Positions 24,870-37,600 of a stretch of 64,000 nucleotides of DNA are shown in pieces. This stretch comes from Balanoglossus misakiensis (Eukaryota > Animalia > Hemichordata), in the NCBI GenBank assembly GCA_040954595.2, contig CM082577.2:19070303-19134302 (forward strand). Direction: 5' to 3'. The translations under genes and the position numbers were made by a program. Under the pieces are notes generated by a model, which saw only the letters and a program-made list of their open reading frames with translations, was not told the origin of the DNA and did not search any database. Each line of letters starts with the position of its first letter. The first letter of the stretch is position 1.

Positions 24870-27800
24870 TAACTCAGAACGTTGTAGGATAAACATAATG
24901 TTAAAATAGTGTCGTAAATGCAATAATAATCCATTAAAACGTTGTAGTATTATTTTGGCACAATATAGTTAAAAGTGCATCCAAAAGCATCTTTACATCA
25001 CCACATTCATAATTACCAAACAAAACGTCTTTTAGTAAATATCCTATCAATTTAATAGCATTTTAAACTCAAAATATGCATGTTTTATGTACATTAATTT
25101 ATTACGCATTTTTTATTACAAAATGTCAAATAATAAATATATGTCGTTTTTTATGCGAAAATATTGCGTTTTCGACAATTTTTTCAAATGCATGCTTTTG
25201 AATGTCTAACTAACTAAAAATAGCATAAAGACGAAACAATTTAAACAAATTGATATAAGTCGTAATAACCGGCATTTTCCCTAACATTTCGCGATTTAGA
25301 CACTATATTAGAAATAGATGACAGTAAATTGATTGTATGTCGTATAACGCGGTGTTTATGCAAAAATATTCGATAAAGACAATTTTAAAAAGAAAGTTTT
25401 AAAAAGGGATTGAACAGCGTATTGAACTATAGGCAAGTATGTATTTATGTTAGAAATGCTTTTTGAAGGATTATTGTATGCAACATGAACGAAAACCTGT
25501 TTTTTGTCGTGTCAAAGAAAAATATTTATATGAAAGGGACATTGCTATGCCTATGTATATATTTAATAAACGGCGTTTTAAACCGTAAAATAGGCATGTC
25601 TATAGTTGAGAATGCTTTAATACGCTATTTTTATAACGAAATGTCAAGAAATAAAACAAAGGATAAATGTGGTTTATAAAGCGAAAATATTGCGATTTCT
25701 ACAAATAAATTATACAACGCATTGCACTATAAAAATGCGTGTTGCTGTTAAAATGCTTTTAAATGCATTTCTAACTTATATATGGCATAAAGACAAAACA
25801 ATTGTGTAATTTTGTATTGAAATATTGCTTTTTCAGTTTAATTTATATTTAAATGAATTCAAAAGTGTTTTAAACTGAAAATTTACCTTTTATTGTGCAA
25901 GACATACTTTAGATTTATTTATTGTACGATGAATACGAAAAAGATTTTTAATAGTATTTTGCCAAAAAAGTGCGTTCTCCACATGTCAATATGCTAAAAA
26001 TGCTTTTAGATCTATTTCTATTTAAAATATTGTAAGTATATGAAATAAAGTTTTAATGTATAATTATAGTGTTTATGCGAATATATCACGTTTTCGACAC
26101 TATTGAATCGAAACAAATGAAAGGATTGATGTGCATATATTTAAAATGTGCCTTTAGAATAACACGTTCTTTATGTCGTAAAAAACAGCTTTTTCCCCAA
26201 CATAGTGCGATTTCGACATTATAATAGAAAAAATGTTTGCTAGAATTTATACAAAGACCGTAATTTTAAAGTCGTATAACACTATGCCAAAATATTCGAT
26301 AAAGATAATTTCAAAAAAGGGATTCGACAACGTGTAGAACTATAGTCATGTATTAATGTCAGAAATGCTTTTTGAAGGATGTTTGTCTTAATACTAGACC
26401 ATTCTTCAAGACATCTTTTATATTAGGGGAACATGATATATATTAGAGGGGAACATTTTTTCAAATACAATTTTATAATGAATTATAAAAACGCATTGCA
26501 ATACAAAAAATGCTTTTAAATGCATTTCTAACTAAAATATGTTAAAAAGGCGAAAACAATTGTTTAAAATTCAATAGCGTGTTGATATGATACAAATTGC
26601 TTTTAGAAGGATTTTTATCAGAAAATTGACCAAAACCCTCGTATTTCGTTTGATAATGTGCTTAGAGGTATATTTTTAATGATGAAGCCAAAAAGAAAAA
26701 AACAACGGATTTTGTCAACTAAACGGGGTTATAAACCGTTGAATAAGCATATCTTTAAGTTGTGAATGTTTTAATACGCATTAGTTTATTACAATATGTC
26801 AAAAACTAATACGATGGTTAAATCCGTTTTTTATGCAATAATATTACGTTTAAAACATTATTTCAAATCGAAACTCATAAAATCAATTTAATAGCTTTTT
26901 TATTGTTTTATGTACATAAATTTAAAATGTGCTTTGTTTGTGCCAAAATATTCGTTAAAGACAATTTTAAAAAGAAAATTATTGTAAATGATTTCAACAA
27001 CGTGTTGATATGTTACAAATGCTTTTAGAAGGATTTTTATCTGAAAAAGGACCGAAACTCTCGTATTTCGCGTGATTAATGTGCTTAAAGGCATATTTTT
27101 TAATGATGAAGCTAAAATAAAAAGAAACAAAGGTTTTGCATAAATACGCATTTTTTATTACAAAAATATAAAATAAAAAAAGCTAAATGGTTAAATGTCG
27201 TATTTTATCGAATAATATTACGTTTTAGACACTATTTCATATCGAAAGATATAAAATCAATTTAATAGCTTTTTTAATGTTTTATATACATTTAAAATGT
27301 GCGTTTAGAATAACATAGCGTGTTGATATGTTACAAGTGAGTTTAGACGGATATTTATCTAAATATGCCAAATAACCGAAACACTTGTATTACATATGAC
27401 TAATGTGATGAAGCCAAAAGGAAACAACGTATTTTGTCTTCTAAACGGGTTTTTAAACCGTAAAATATGCATGTCTATATCCTGAGAATGCTTTAAAACG
27501 CTTTTTTATTACGAAATATCTAGAAAAAAACAATGGATAAATGTCTTTTGATAGCGAAAATATCACGTTTACGACATTATTTTAAATGAATTTAACAGCG
27601 TGTTGATATGTTACAAAATGCTTTTAGAAGGATTTTTATCTGAAAAATGACTAAAATCCTCGTATTTCGGGTGATTAATGTGCTTAAAGGTCTATTTTTA
27701 ATGATGAAGCCAAAAAGTTAAAAACAACGGATTTTGTCTGCTAAACGGGGTTTTAAACCGTTAAATAAGCATATCTATACATTGAAAATGTTTTAATATG

Positions 27801-30050
27801 CATTTTCTAGTACAAATTGTCAAAAACTAAAATGGTGGTTAAATGTCGTTTTTTATGCAATAATATTGCGTTTTAGACACTTTTTCAAATCGAAACATAT
27901 AATCAATTTAATGGCTTTTTTAATGTTTTATGTACATACATTTAAAATGTGCCTTATAAATTAAACGTTGTTTATGCCAAAATTTTCGTAAAAGACATTT
28001 TTAAAAAGAAAGTTTTTATAAAGTATACAAACGGTTTTATAGGATTTTTATCTAAATATGCCAAATGACCGTAACCCTCGTTTTACATCTGATTAATGTG
28101 CATAGTGGCATTTCTTTAATGATGGAGCCAAAAAGGAACAACTTATTTTGTCTACTAATGTCATTTTTTTAAGCGAAAATATTACGTTAACGACATTATT
28201 TTAAATTAATTCAACAGCGTTTTGATATGTTACAAAATGCTTTTAGAAGGATTTTAATCTGAAAAATGACTAAAATCCTCGTATTTCGGGTGATTAATGT
28301 GCTTAAAGGTCTATTTTTAATGATGAATCTAAAAAAGTAAAAAACAACGGATTTTGTCTACTAAACGGCGTTTTAAACCGTTAAATAAGCATATCTATAT
28401 ATTGAAAATGTTTTAATACGCATTTTCTACTACAAATTGTCAAAAACTAAAACAGTGGTTAAATGTCATTTTTTATGCGTTTTAGACACTTTTTTAAAAT
28501 CGAAACATATAATCAATTTAATGGCTTTTTAAATGTTTTATGTACATACATTTAAAATGTGCCTTATAAATTACACGTTGTTTATGCCAAAATTTTCGTA
28601 AAAGACATTTTTAAAAAGAAAGTTTTTATAAAGCATACAAACGGTTTTAGAAGGATTTTTATCTAAATATGCCAAATGACCGTAACCCTCGTTTTACATC
28701 TGTCTAATGTGCTTAAAGGCATATTTTTAATGATGAAGCCAAAAAGAAAGAAACAACGGATTTTGCATAAATACGCATTTTTATTACAAAAGAACAATGG
28801 TTGAATGTCGTATTTTTTGCAATGATATTACGTTTTAGACACTATTTCGTATCGAAAGATATAAAATCAGTTTAATAGCTTTCTTTTAATTGTTTTATAT
28901 ACATTTAAAATGTGCGTTTAGAATGACACAGCGTGTTGATATGTTACAAGTGCGTTTAGATGGATTTTTATATAAATATGCCAAATGACCGAAACCCTCG
29001 TATTACATATGACTAATGTGATGAAGCCAAAAAGAAACAACGGATTTTGTCTACTAAACGTGAAATATGCATGTCTATATACTGAAAATGCTTTTAAACG
29101 CGTTTCTATTACGAAAGTAAAACAATGGATTAATATCTTTTTTAAGCGAAAATATTACGTTTACGACATTATTTTATAATATATATTTATTTTGAATTAT
29201 AAAAACGCTTCCTTATACAAAAAGTCTTGAGTTGATGTGAAAATGCTTCTAAATGTAAGATTTTATTATGATATATTAAATATCATTTTTGCCAAAATAT
29301 CGCGTTATCGTCATGTCTATATGCTAAAAATGCTATTAGATTGAAAATAAATGAAATAAAGATTTAATGTCTAATTATAGTGTGAATGCAATCATATCAC
29401 GTTTTCGACACTATTTTAAATCAAAACATATAAAATCAAATTAATAGATTTTTAATGTTTTATTAACGTACATTTCAAATATGCCTTCATAATAACATGT
29501 TGTTTATGCCAAAAAATTCGTTAGAGACAAAGTTATTATAAACTTATTTAACACCGTGTCGATGCGTCACAAACGCTTTTTGACATATTTTTATCTAAAT
29601 ATGCAAAATGACCGAAACACTCGCATTGTGTACTTAACGGGATTATAAACCATAATATTCATTGATTATCTATACGTTATGAAAGCTTTAATATGCTTTT
29701 TTATTACAAAATGTAAAAAAATGAACAATGATTAAATGTTCTTTTATATAAAATATTGCGTTTTCGACGTTTTTCATGCTTTTAGATGCATTTCTAACTA
29801 AAAATGGCATAAACGCGAAAACACTTGTTTAATGTTGTGTTGATATATTTCGAACAATAGGCATGTTTTATATCAGTTGCACCATTCTCAAAGAAATATT
29901 TCATATATTACAGTTGTTTATGTGTTCAATATATTAATTACGCTTAGATGTTCATTTTTAAAGAAGAGCCAAAAGACCGAAACAACGGTTTTTGTCTACT
30001 AAACGGCATCTTAAACCGTGTAATACACATGTCTGTATTTAAAAACGTAA
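24870..30050. repeat. Very AT-rich degenerate modular repeat
   Basis: Recurrent short modules (AAATGCTTTTAGA, AATATT[A/G]CGTTTT, GATGAAGCCAAAA, TGTTGATATGTTACA). Internal duplication with ~619-bp offset (27605 vs 28224). Confidence 0.75.
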
Positions 30051-30322
30051 TGTTCATTGCAGGGGCTACAACTGCTGATATGTTGAAGAACTTCTCTTCA
30101 TCTTTGGCATGTTTCTGCTCCTGTGGAAAGAACAGAGGTTTTACGAAATGTTATTGACACTTTTCTAACATCTGCACCTAAAATCAGCCAAAGGAAAAGC
30201 TGGTGCGATTGCACAGCCTTGATTTGTAATTAATTGGTCCCGCCAAACTTTTGCGACCACGTCCAGCGGAAGCCAAACCAACCATCACAGATAAGTACCT
30301 AGAAAAAACATGACAAAGTGTG

Positions 30323-31206
30323 TGGGGGATGATTTTAGTTGATAAACAAAAAATGTTGGAAATGTTCAACATGTGTCATACACAGCACAGTACCATAGGA
30401 AAGTGTCAAATTCCAGAGCTTAAGATTTACAAAGAAATTAAAAAGGGTATCTGTTACAAACATGTGTTGAACTGCAAAAATTGTCATTTTATTTCAAGTT
30501 GGTTTGCAGGACAGCCCAATCGGAAATTCGAAAGTGAGGCGCATTTTAGCAGCAGCGGATATTCACCCACCTTCCTGCAGACAACCTCAAACAAAGTAGG
30601 GACAAAGACAGTTCTTTTAAGGTGGCATTGAATAAAAACTTGTGATTTTTGCCAGATTTTACTTTTTTACATAAATCGGTAGGCCTAATACTGACCCACA
30701 TCCTGACTAATACGTCTTGACGGAAATGATGGTGATCTGCAACAGTGAACCCAGAAGAGCTTAGATTTGGCACCAATACTCAACGGTGTGAGGCAGTGAA
30801 TCGGGGCATTAGTACTTCCTTACCTAAAAATGTCCATTACTCTCGCAATGCGACTTCACGTGTAGCTTCAGCAGTTCATCGTCTAAATAATGGATTGGCT
30901 GAATCAACACATACAAAGCTTGAAGCCTTAGGCTGCCCTTTGACCAGGAGTGGTAGTGCAGCAGCAAGTCTGAAATCAATGGCAATGGAAAAGCAATATG
31001 ATAAAATGTACAAAACGACACGTGCATTTAAACAAAGGCAGTTGAAATGCAGAATCAGAAAGGCCAAACATTATTATCAACACAAGAGGAATGTAACTGA
31101 GAGTAAACATCGATATAAACGTGGACAGCTTGACCAGCCTGTCAACCGAGTAACTGTTAAGAAATTAAAGGGGGACAACACATATGCAAAATCAATTTCT
31201 AATTAA
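30323..31206 (+). pseudogene. Internally deleted Kolobok-type ('Mutator-like' domain) DDE transposase remnant
   Basis: N-terminal piece H....C..P...E.KKG.C...L.CxxC.F.S (~30323-30500). C-terminal piece TNTQRCEAVN....LPKN..YSR...R..SAV...NNG with a basic tail (30745-31206). The middle of the catalytic core appears to be missing. Recognised from motifs only. Confidence 0.6.
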
Positions 31207-31692
31207 AAGCATATTGAAATTGATATAATTAAAAATAAATAACCACCAGTCAGTGTTTTGATATATGTTAAACATTTCCAGAGGCTTTGATAGCTTGAAT
31301 TATGGTTATTCACTTATGCTTTTCCAGGGATTATTTTGCCCTTATTAACATTACTTAGGTATTTGAGGTTTTTACCCTGGTTTTTAGTGCGGAGTGATTG
31401 TAGTTGTAAATGTATCTGCTGTATTTTGCAGAATATTTAGCACGTGAGACTGAGCTTTCCTCCTCAAAAACTGCTGGGGAGCATTGTAATAAAATGTGAA
31501 ATGAAATTAACTGTGGAGTTGGTTATTAATTAATTAATTAATTAAAATTAACAAACAAACAAACAATGTGCAAGGCAGACTTTACCCAGAGAACAAGTTT
31601 ACTGTCAAATCTGTGATTATTCTTTTCAATAAAGAGCCGTCTTATATTTGTTAACCTGAAGCTGGTGTTGCCTAGGACAACCAGCAGTGTGT

Positions 31693-34600
31693 CAAGCAAC
31701 ATTGTCGGGCCCAAGCGCTGATCCGGTATTGTATATGCACAGTATGAATGAGAAGAAACAGAATGCTCTATCGGGTGTTTTATCTCATGACATAACAAGG
31801 CCGTATGTATTTTTGCTGCTGAAATGGAGTAAAGAAGGTCAAAGGTCACCTGAGGTCACTCTTATTTCGGGAAAACTTGTTTGACCCATACTGATCCATG
31901 TCCACCAAAAACCAAAACTCTAGCTCTATTGGTTCGCCTGTAATTAGGTATGTGCATATTTAATGAGGTCAGCAGGTGTCACAGGTGACCCAAAAATGTG
32001 GCTTTACATTTTGGTCCCATCCTACCAAATGCCACGGCTGTATCTGCTCTGGATGCTGAGATATGCGAAAGTAGGTCAAAGGTCACCAGAGGTCACCCAA
32101 CATTTGGGCAAAAAATGTTGATCCCATACTGGTCCGTGTCCAACAAAAACCAAACCTCCAGCTCTATTGGTTCGCCTGTAAATAGCTATGCACATAATTA
32201 ATGAGGTCAGCAGAGGTCAAAGGGGTCACGAAAAGTAGCAAAATATTTTGATCACACACTAATCCACATGCATCAAAAACCAAACGTCTAGCCCTATAGG
32301 TTAGCCTGGAAATAGACAGGCAGATATAATGATATGTGAAAAATAGGTCAAAGGTCATGTGAAAATTGCCCAAAAATTTGCAACATATTTTAGTCACATG
32401 GTGATTGATATCCATTAAAAGAATTTGCAAGCTATCAATTTTTAGATTAGAAAAAGAAATTTCAATTTTTCACTGCTTTTTACAAAATCCAATATGGCCG
32501 CCATAATCTTCGACCAATCACTATGCTGTTTGCAAACTTGATAGACACCAGTGTAGTGACCATACTCCCCGAATCTTGCGACTCAGTCATCGCCCGTTCT
32601 GGAGTAGATTTTTGGAGTTTAACTATGGGTTTTCGAAAATCCAATATGGCCGCCATAATCTTCGACCAATCACAATGATCTTCGCAAACTTGATAGACAT
32701 CAGTTAGGTGACCACATACCCCAAACCCCGTGTCTCGGTTATCTTCGGTTCTGGAGAAGAAGATTTTTGAAATTTAAGCCAGATTTCAGAAAAAAAAATG
32801 TAGCAAAAAAACTGCAACATTGACAGCAAAATATCCAATTACAAAAATGATGGGTAGAAGGTAGTCTACCTGCATGCCAAATTTGAAGTCGATCTGACTT
32901 GTAGTTTCTGAGATCTGAGATTTGCATTTTTTCAGAAAATCCAATATGGCCGCCAGGTCACGTGACTAATTAAGTATTCACAAGTCACTGCACATCTACT
33001 CATAGACCTTGACAACTGTAGCAAGTTTGAGCAGTGTACCTGCAGTAGTTTCAGAGATTTAGTTGGCCGAAGAATTGACACAAGAAAAAAGAAAGAAAGA
33101 ATTAAAGCTGCGAGCAGCATTGTCGGGCCCAAGCGCTGATCTTGAATTATATATGCACAGTATGAATGAGAAGAAACATAATTTTCTATCAGATGTATTA
33201 TCTCATGACATAACAAGGACTTATGTATTTTTGCTGCTGAAATAGAGTAAAGTAGGTGAAAGGTCACCTGAGGTCACCCAACATTTGGGCAAAAAAATTT
33301 GACCCATACTGGGCCATGTCCAACAAAAACCAAAACTCTAGCTCTATTGGTTCACCTGTAATAAGGTATGTGCATATTTAATGAGGTCAACAGGTGTCAC
33401 AGGTGACCCAAAAATGTGGCTTTACATTTTGGTCCCATCCTGCCAAATGCCAACGCTGTATCTGTTCTGGATGCTGAGATACGCGAAAATAGGTCAAAGG
33501 TCACCCAACATTTGGGCAAAAAATTTTGATCCCATACTGGTCCATGTCCAACAAAAAACAAACCTCTAGCTCTATTGGTTCGCACGAAATTAGCTATGCA
33601 CATAATTAATGAGGTCAGCAGAGGTCAAAGGGGTCATGGAAAGTAGCAAAATATTTTGATCATTCACTTATCCACATGCATCAAAAACCAAACGTCTACC
33701 CCTATAGGTTAGCCTGGAATTAGATATGCAGAAATAATAACGCGTAAAAAGTAGGTCAAAGGTCATGTGAAAAATCTACAAAAATTTGTAACATATTTTA
33801 GTCACATGACGATTGATATCCATGAAAAGAATTTGTATGCTATCAATTTTTAGTCTAGAAAAAGGAATTTCAATTTTTCATTGCTTTTTACAAAATCAAA
33901 TATGGCCGCCATAATCTTCGACCAATCACAATGCTCCTGGCAAACTTGATAGACATCAGTGTAGTGACCATACTCCCCAAATCTTGCGACTCAGTTATTG
34001 CCCGTTCTGGAGAAGAAGATTTTTGGAGTTTTACTATGGTTTTTCGAAAATCCAATATGGCCGCCATAATCTTCGACCAATCACAATGATCTTCGCAAAC
34101 TTGATAGACATATGTTAGGTGACCACATACATCAAACCGCGTGACTCGGTTATCACCGGTTCTGGAGAAGAAGATTTTTGAAATTTTGACCAGATTTCAG
34201 AAAAACAACTGTAGCAAAAAAACTGCAACATTGACAGCAAAATATCCAATTACAAAAATGACGGGCAGAAGGTAGACTACCTGCACGCCAAATCTGAAGT
34301 CGATCTGACTTGTAGTTTCTGAGATCTGAGATTTGCATTTTTTCAGAAAATCCAATATGGCCGCCATGTCACGTGACTAATTAAATATTCACAAGCCACT
34401 GCACATCTACTCATTGACCTTGACCACTGTAGCAAGTTTGAGCAGTGTACCTGCAGTAGTTTCAGAGATCTCGTTGGCCGAAGAATTGACAGGAGAATAA
34501 AGAAAGAAAGAAAGAAAGAAAAATTCCAACGAAACCAATAGGGCCCAAGCGCTTGCTTGCGCTTGGGCCCTAAAGATTAAAGCTGCGAGCAGCATTGTCG

Positions 34601-37600
34601 GGCCCAAGCGCTGATCTTGAATTACATATGCACAGTATGAATGAGAAGAAACAGAATTTTCTATCGGATGTATTATCTCATGACATAACAAGGATGTGTG
34701 TATTTTTGCTGCTGAAATAGGGTGAAGTAGGTCAAAGGTCACCTGAGGTCACCCAACATTTGGGCAATTTTTTTGACCCATACTGGTCCATGTCCAACAA
34801 AAACCAAAACTCTAGCTCTATTGGTTCGTCTGTAATTAGGTATGTGCATATTTAATGAGGTCAGCAGGTGTCACAAAAATGTGGCTTTACATTTTGGTCC
34901 CATCCTACCAAATGCCATGGCTGTACCTGCTCTGGATGCTGAGATATGCGAAAGTAGGTCAAAGGTCACCAGAGGTCACCCAACATTTGGGCAAAAATTT
35001 TTGATCCCATACTGGTCCATGTCCAACAAAAACCAAACCTCTAGCTCTATTGGTTCGCCTGTAATTAGCTATGCACATAATTAATGAGGTCAGCAGAGGT
35101 CAAAGGGGTCATGAAAAGTAGCAAAATATTTTGATCACACACTAATCCACATGCATCAAAAACCAAAAGTCTAGCCCTATAGGTTAGCCTGGAATTAGAT
35201 ATGCAGAAATAATAACGCATGATAAGTAGGTCAAAGGTCATGTGAAAAATCGCCAAAAATTTGTAACATATTTTAGTCACATGACGATTGATATCCATAA
35301 AAAGAATTTGTATGCTATCAATTTTTAGAATAGAAAAAGGAATTTCAAATTTTCACTGCTTTTTTACAAAATCCAATATGGCCGCCATAATCTTCGACCA
35401 ATCACAATGCTCTTTGCAAACTTGATAGACATCAGTGTAGTAACCATACTCCCCGAATCTTGCGACTCAGTCATCGCCCGTTCTGGAGAAGAAGATTTTT
35501 GGAGTTTAACTATGGTTTTTCGAAAATCCAATATGGCCGCCATAATCTTCGACCAATCACAATGATCTTTGCAAACTTGATAGACATCAGTTAGGTGACC
35601 ACATACCCCAAACCACGTCACTCGGTTATCACCGGTTCTGGAGAAGAAGATTTTTGAAATTTAAGCCAGATTTCAGAAAAAAAATTGTAGCAAAAAAACT
35701 GCAACATTTACAGCAAAATATCCAATTACAAAAATGATGCGTAGAAGGTAGTCTACCTGCATGCCAAATTTGAAGTCGATCTGACTTGTAGTTTCTGAGA
35801 TCTGATATTTGAATTTTTTCAGAAAATCCAATATGGCCGCCAGGTCACGTGACTAATTAAGTATTCACAAGTCACTGCACATCTACTCATAGACCTTGAC
35901 CACTGTAGCAAGTTTGAGCAGTGTACCTGCAGTAGTTTCAGAGATTTAGTTGGCCGAAGAATTGACACAAGAATAAAGAAAGAAAGAAAGACAGAAATAA
36001 AGCTGCAAGCAGCATTGTCGGGCCCAAGCGCTGATCCGGAATTATATATGCACAGTATGAATAGGAAGAAACAGAATGCTCCATCGGGCGTTTTATCTCA
36101 TGGCATAACAGGGACGTATGTATTTTTGCTGCTGAAATAGAGTAAAGTAGGTCAAAGGTCACCTGAGGTCACTAACATTTGGGCAAACTTTTTTGACCCA
36201 TACTGGTCCATGTCCAACAAAAACCAAAACTCTAGCTCTATTGGTTCGCCTGTAATTAGGTATGTGCATATTTAATGAGGTCAGCAGGTGTCACAGGTGA
36301 CCCAAAAATGTGGCTTTACATTTTGGTCCCATCCTACCAAATGCCACGGCTGTATCTGCTCTGGATGCTGAGATATGCAAAAGTAGGTCAAAGGTCACCA
36401 GAGGTCACCCAACATTTGGGCAAAAAATGTTGATCCCATACTGGTCCATGTCCAACAAAAACCAAACCTCCAGCTCTATTGGTTCGCCTGTAAATAGCTA
36501 TGCACATAATTAATGAGGTCAGCAGAGGTCAAAGGGGTCACGAAAAGTCGCAAAATATTTTGATCACACACTAATCCACATGCATCAAAAACCAAACGTC
36601 TAGCCCTATAGGTTAGCCAGGAAATAGATATGCAGAAATAATAACGTGTGAAAAGTAGGTCAAAGGTCATGTGAAAAATCGCCAAAAATTTGTAACATAT
36701 TTTAGTCATATGACGATTGATATCCATGAAAAAAATTTGTATGCTATCAATTTTTAGACTAGGAAAAGGAATTTCAATTTTTCACTGCTTTTTACAAAAT
36801 CCAATATGGCCGCCATAATCTTCGACCAATCACAATGCTCTTTGCAAACTGGATAGACATCAGTGTAGTGACCATACTCCCCGAATCTTGCGACTCAGTT
36901 ATTGCCCGTTCTGGAGAAGAAGATTTTTGCAGTTTTACTATGGTTTTTCAAAAATCCAATATGGCCGCCATAATCTTCGACCAATCACAATGCTTCTTAT
37001 CAAACTTGATAGACATCAGTTAGGTGACCACATACCCCAAATCCCGTGACTCGGTTATCGCCGGTTCTTGAGAAGAAGATTTTTGAAGTTTTAGTTGGAT
37101 TTTTCGAAAATCCAATATGGCGGCCAAAGTCACGTGACCGCTCGAGATTTTATTATCAAACTTTGTTGGGCAGAGGCCATGTGTACTATGTACCAAATTT
37201 GAACTTGATTTGCCTTGTAGTTTTTGAGAAGAAGTCATTTACATTTTTTCAGAAAATCCAATATGGCCGCCAGGTCACGTGACTAATTAAATATTCACGA
37301 GCCACTACCTGCAGTAGTTTCAGAGATTTAGTTGGCCGAAGAATTGACAGGAGAATAAAGAAAGAATTAAAGCTGCAAGCAGCATTGTCGGGCCCAAGCG
37401 CTGATCTCGAATTATATATGCACAGTATGAATGAGAAGAAACAAAATTTTCTATCTGGTGTATTATCTCATGACATAACAAGGACGTGTGTATTTTTGCT
37501 GCTGAAATAGGGTGAAGTAGGTCAAAGGTCACCTGAGGTCACCCAACATTTGGGCAAAATTTTTTGACCCATACTGGTCCATGTCCAACAAAAACCAAAA

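Noticed and set aside
31313-31475. Possible minus-strand exon convergent with the transposase remnant
   Set aside because: Short open frame with no recognisable motif; cannot be distinguished from chance.
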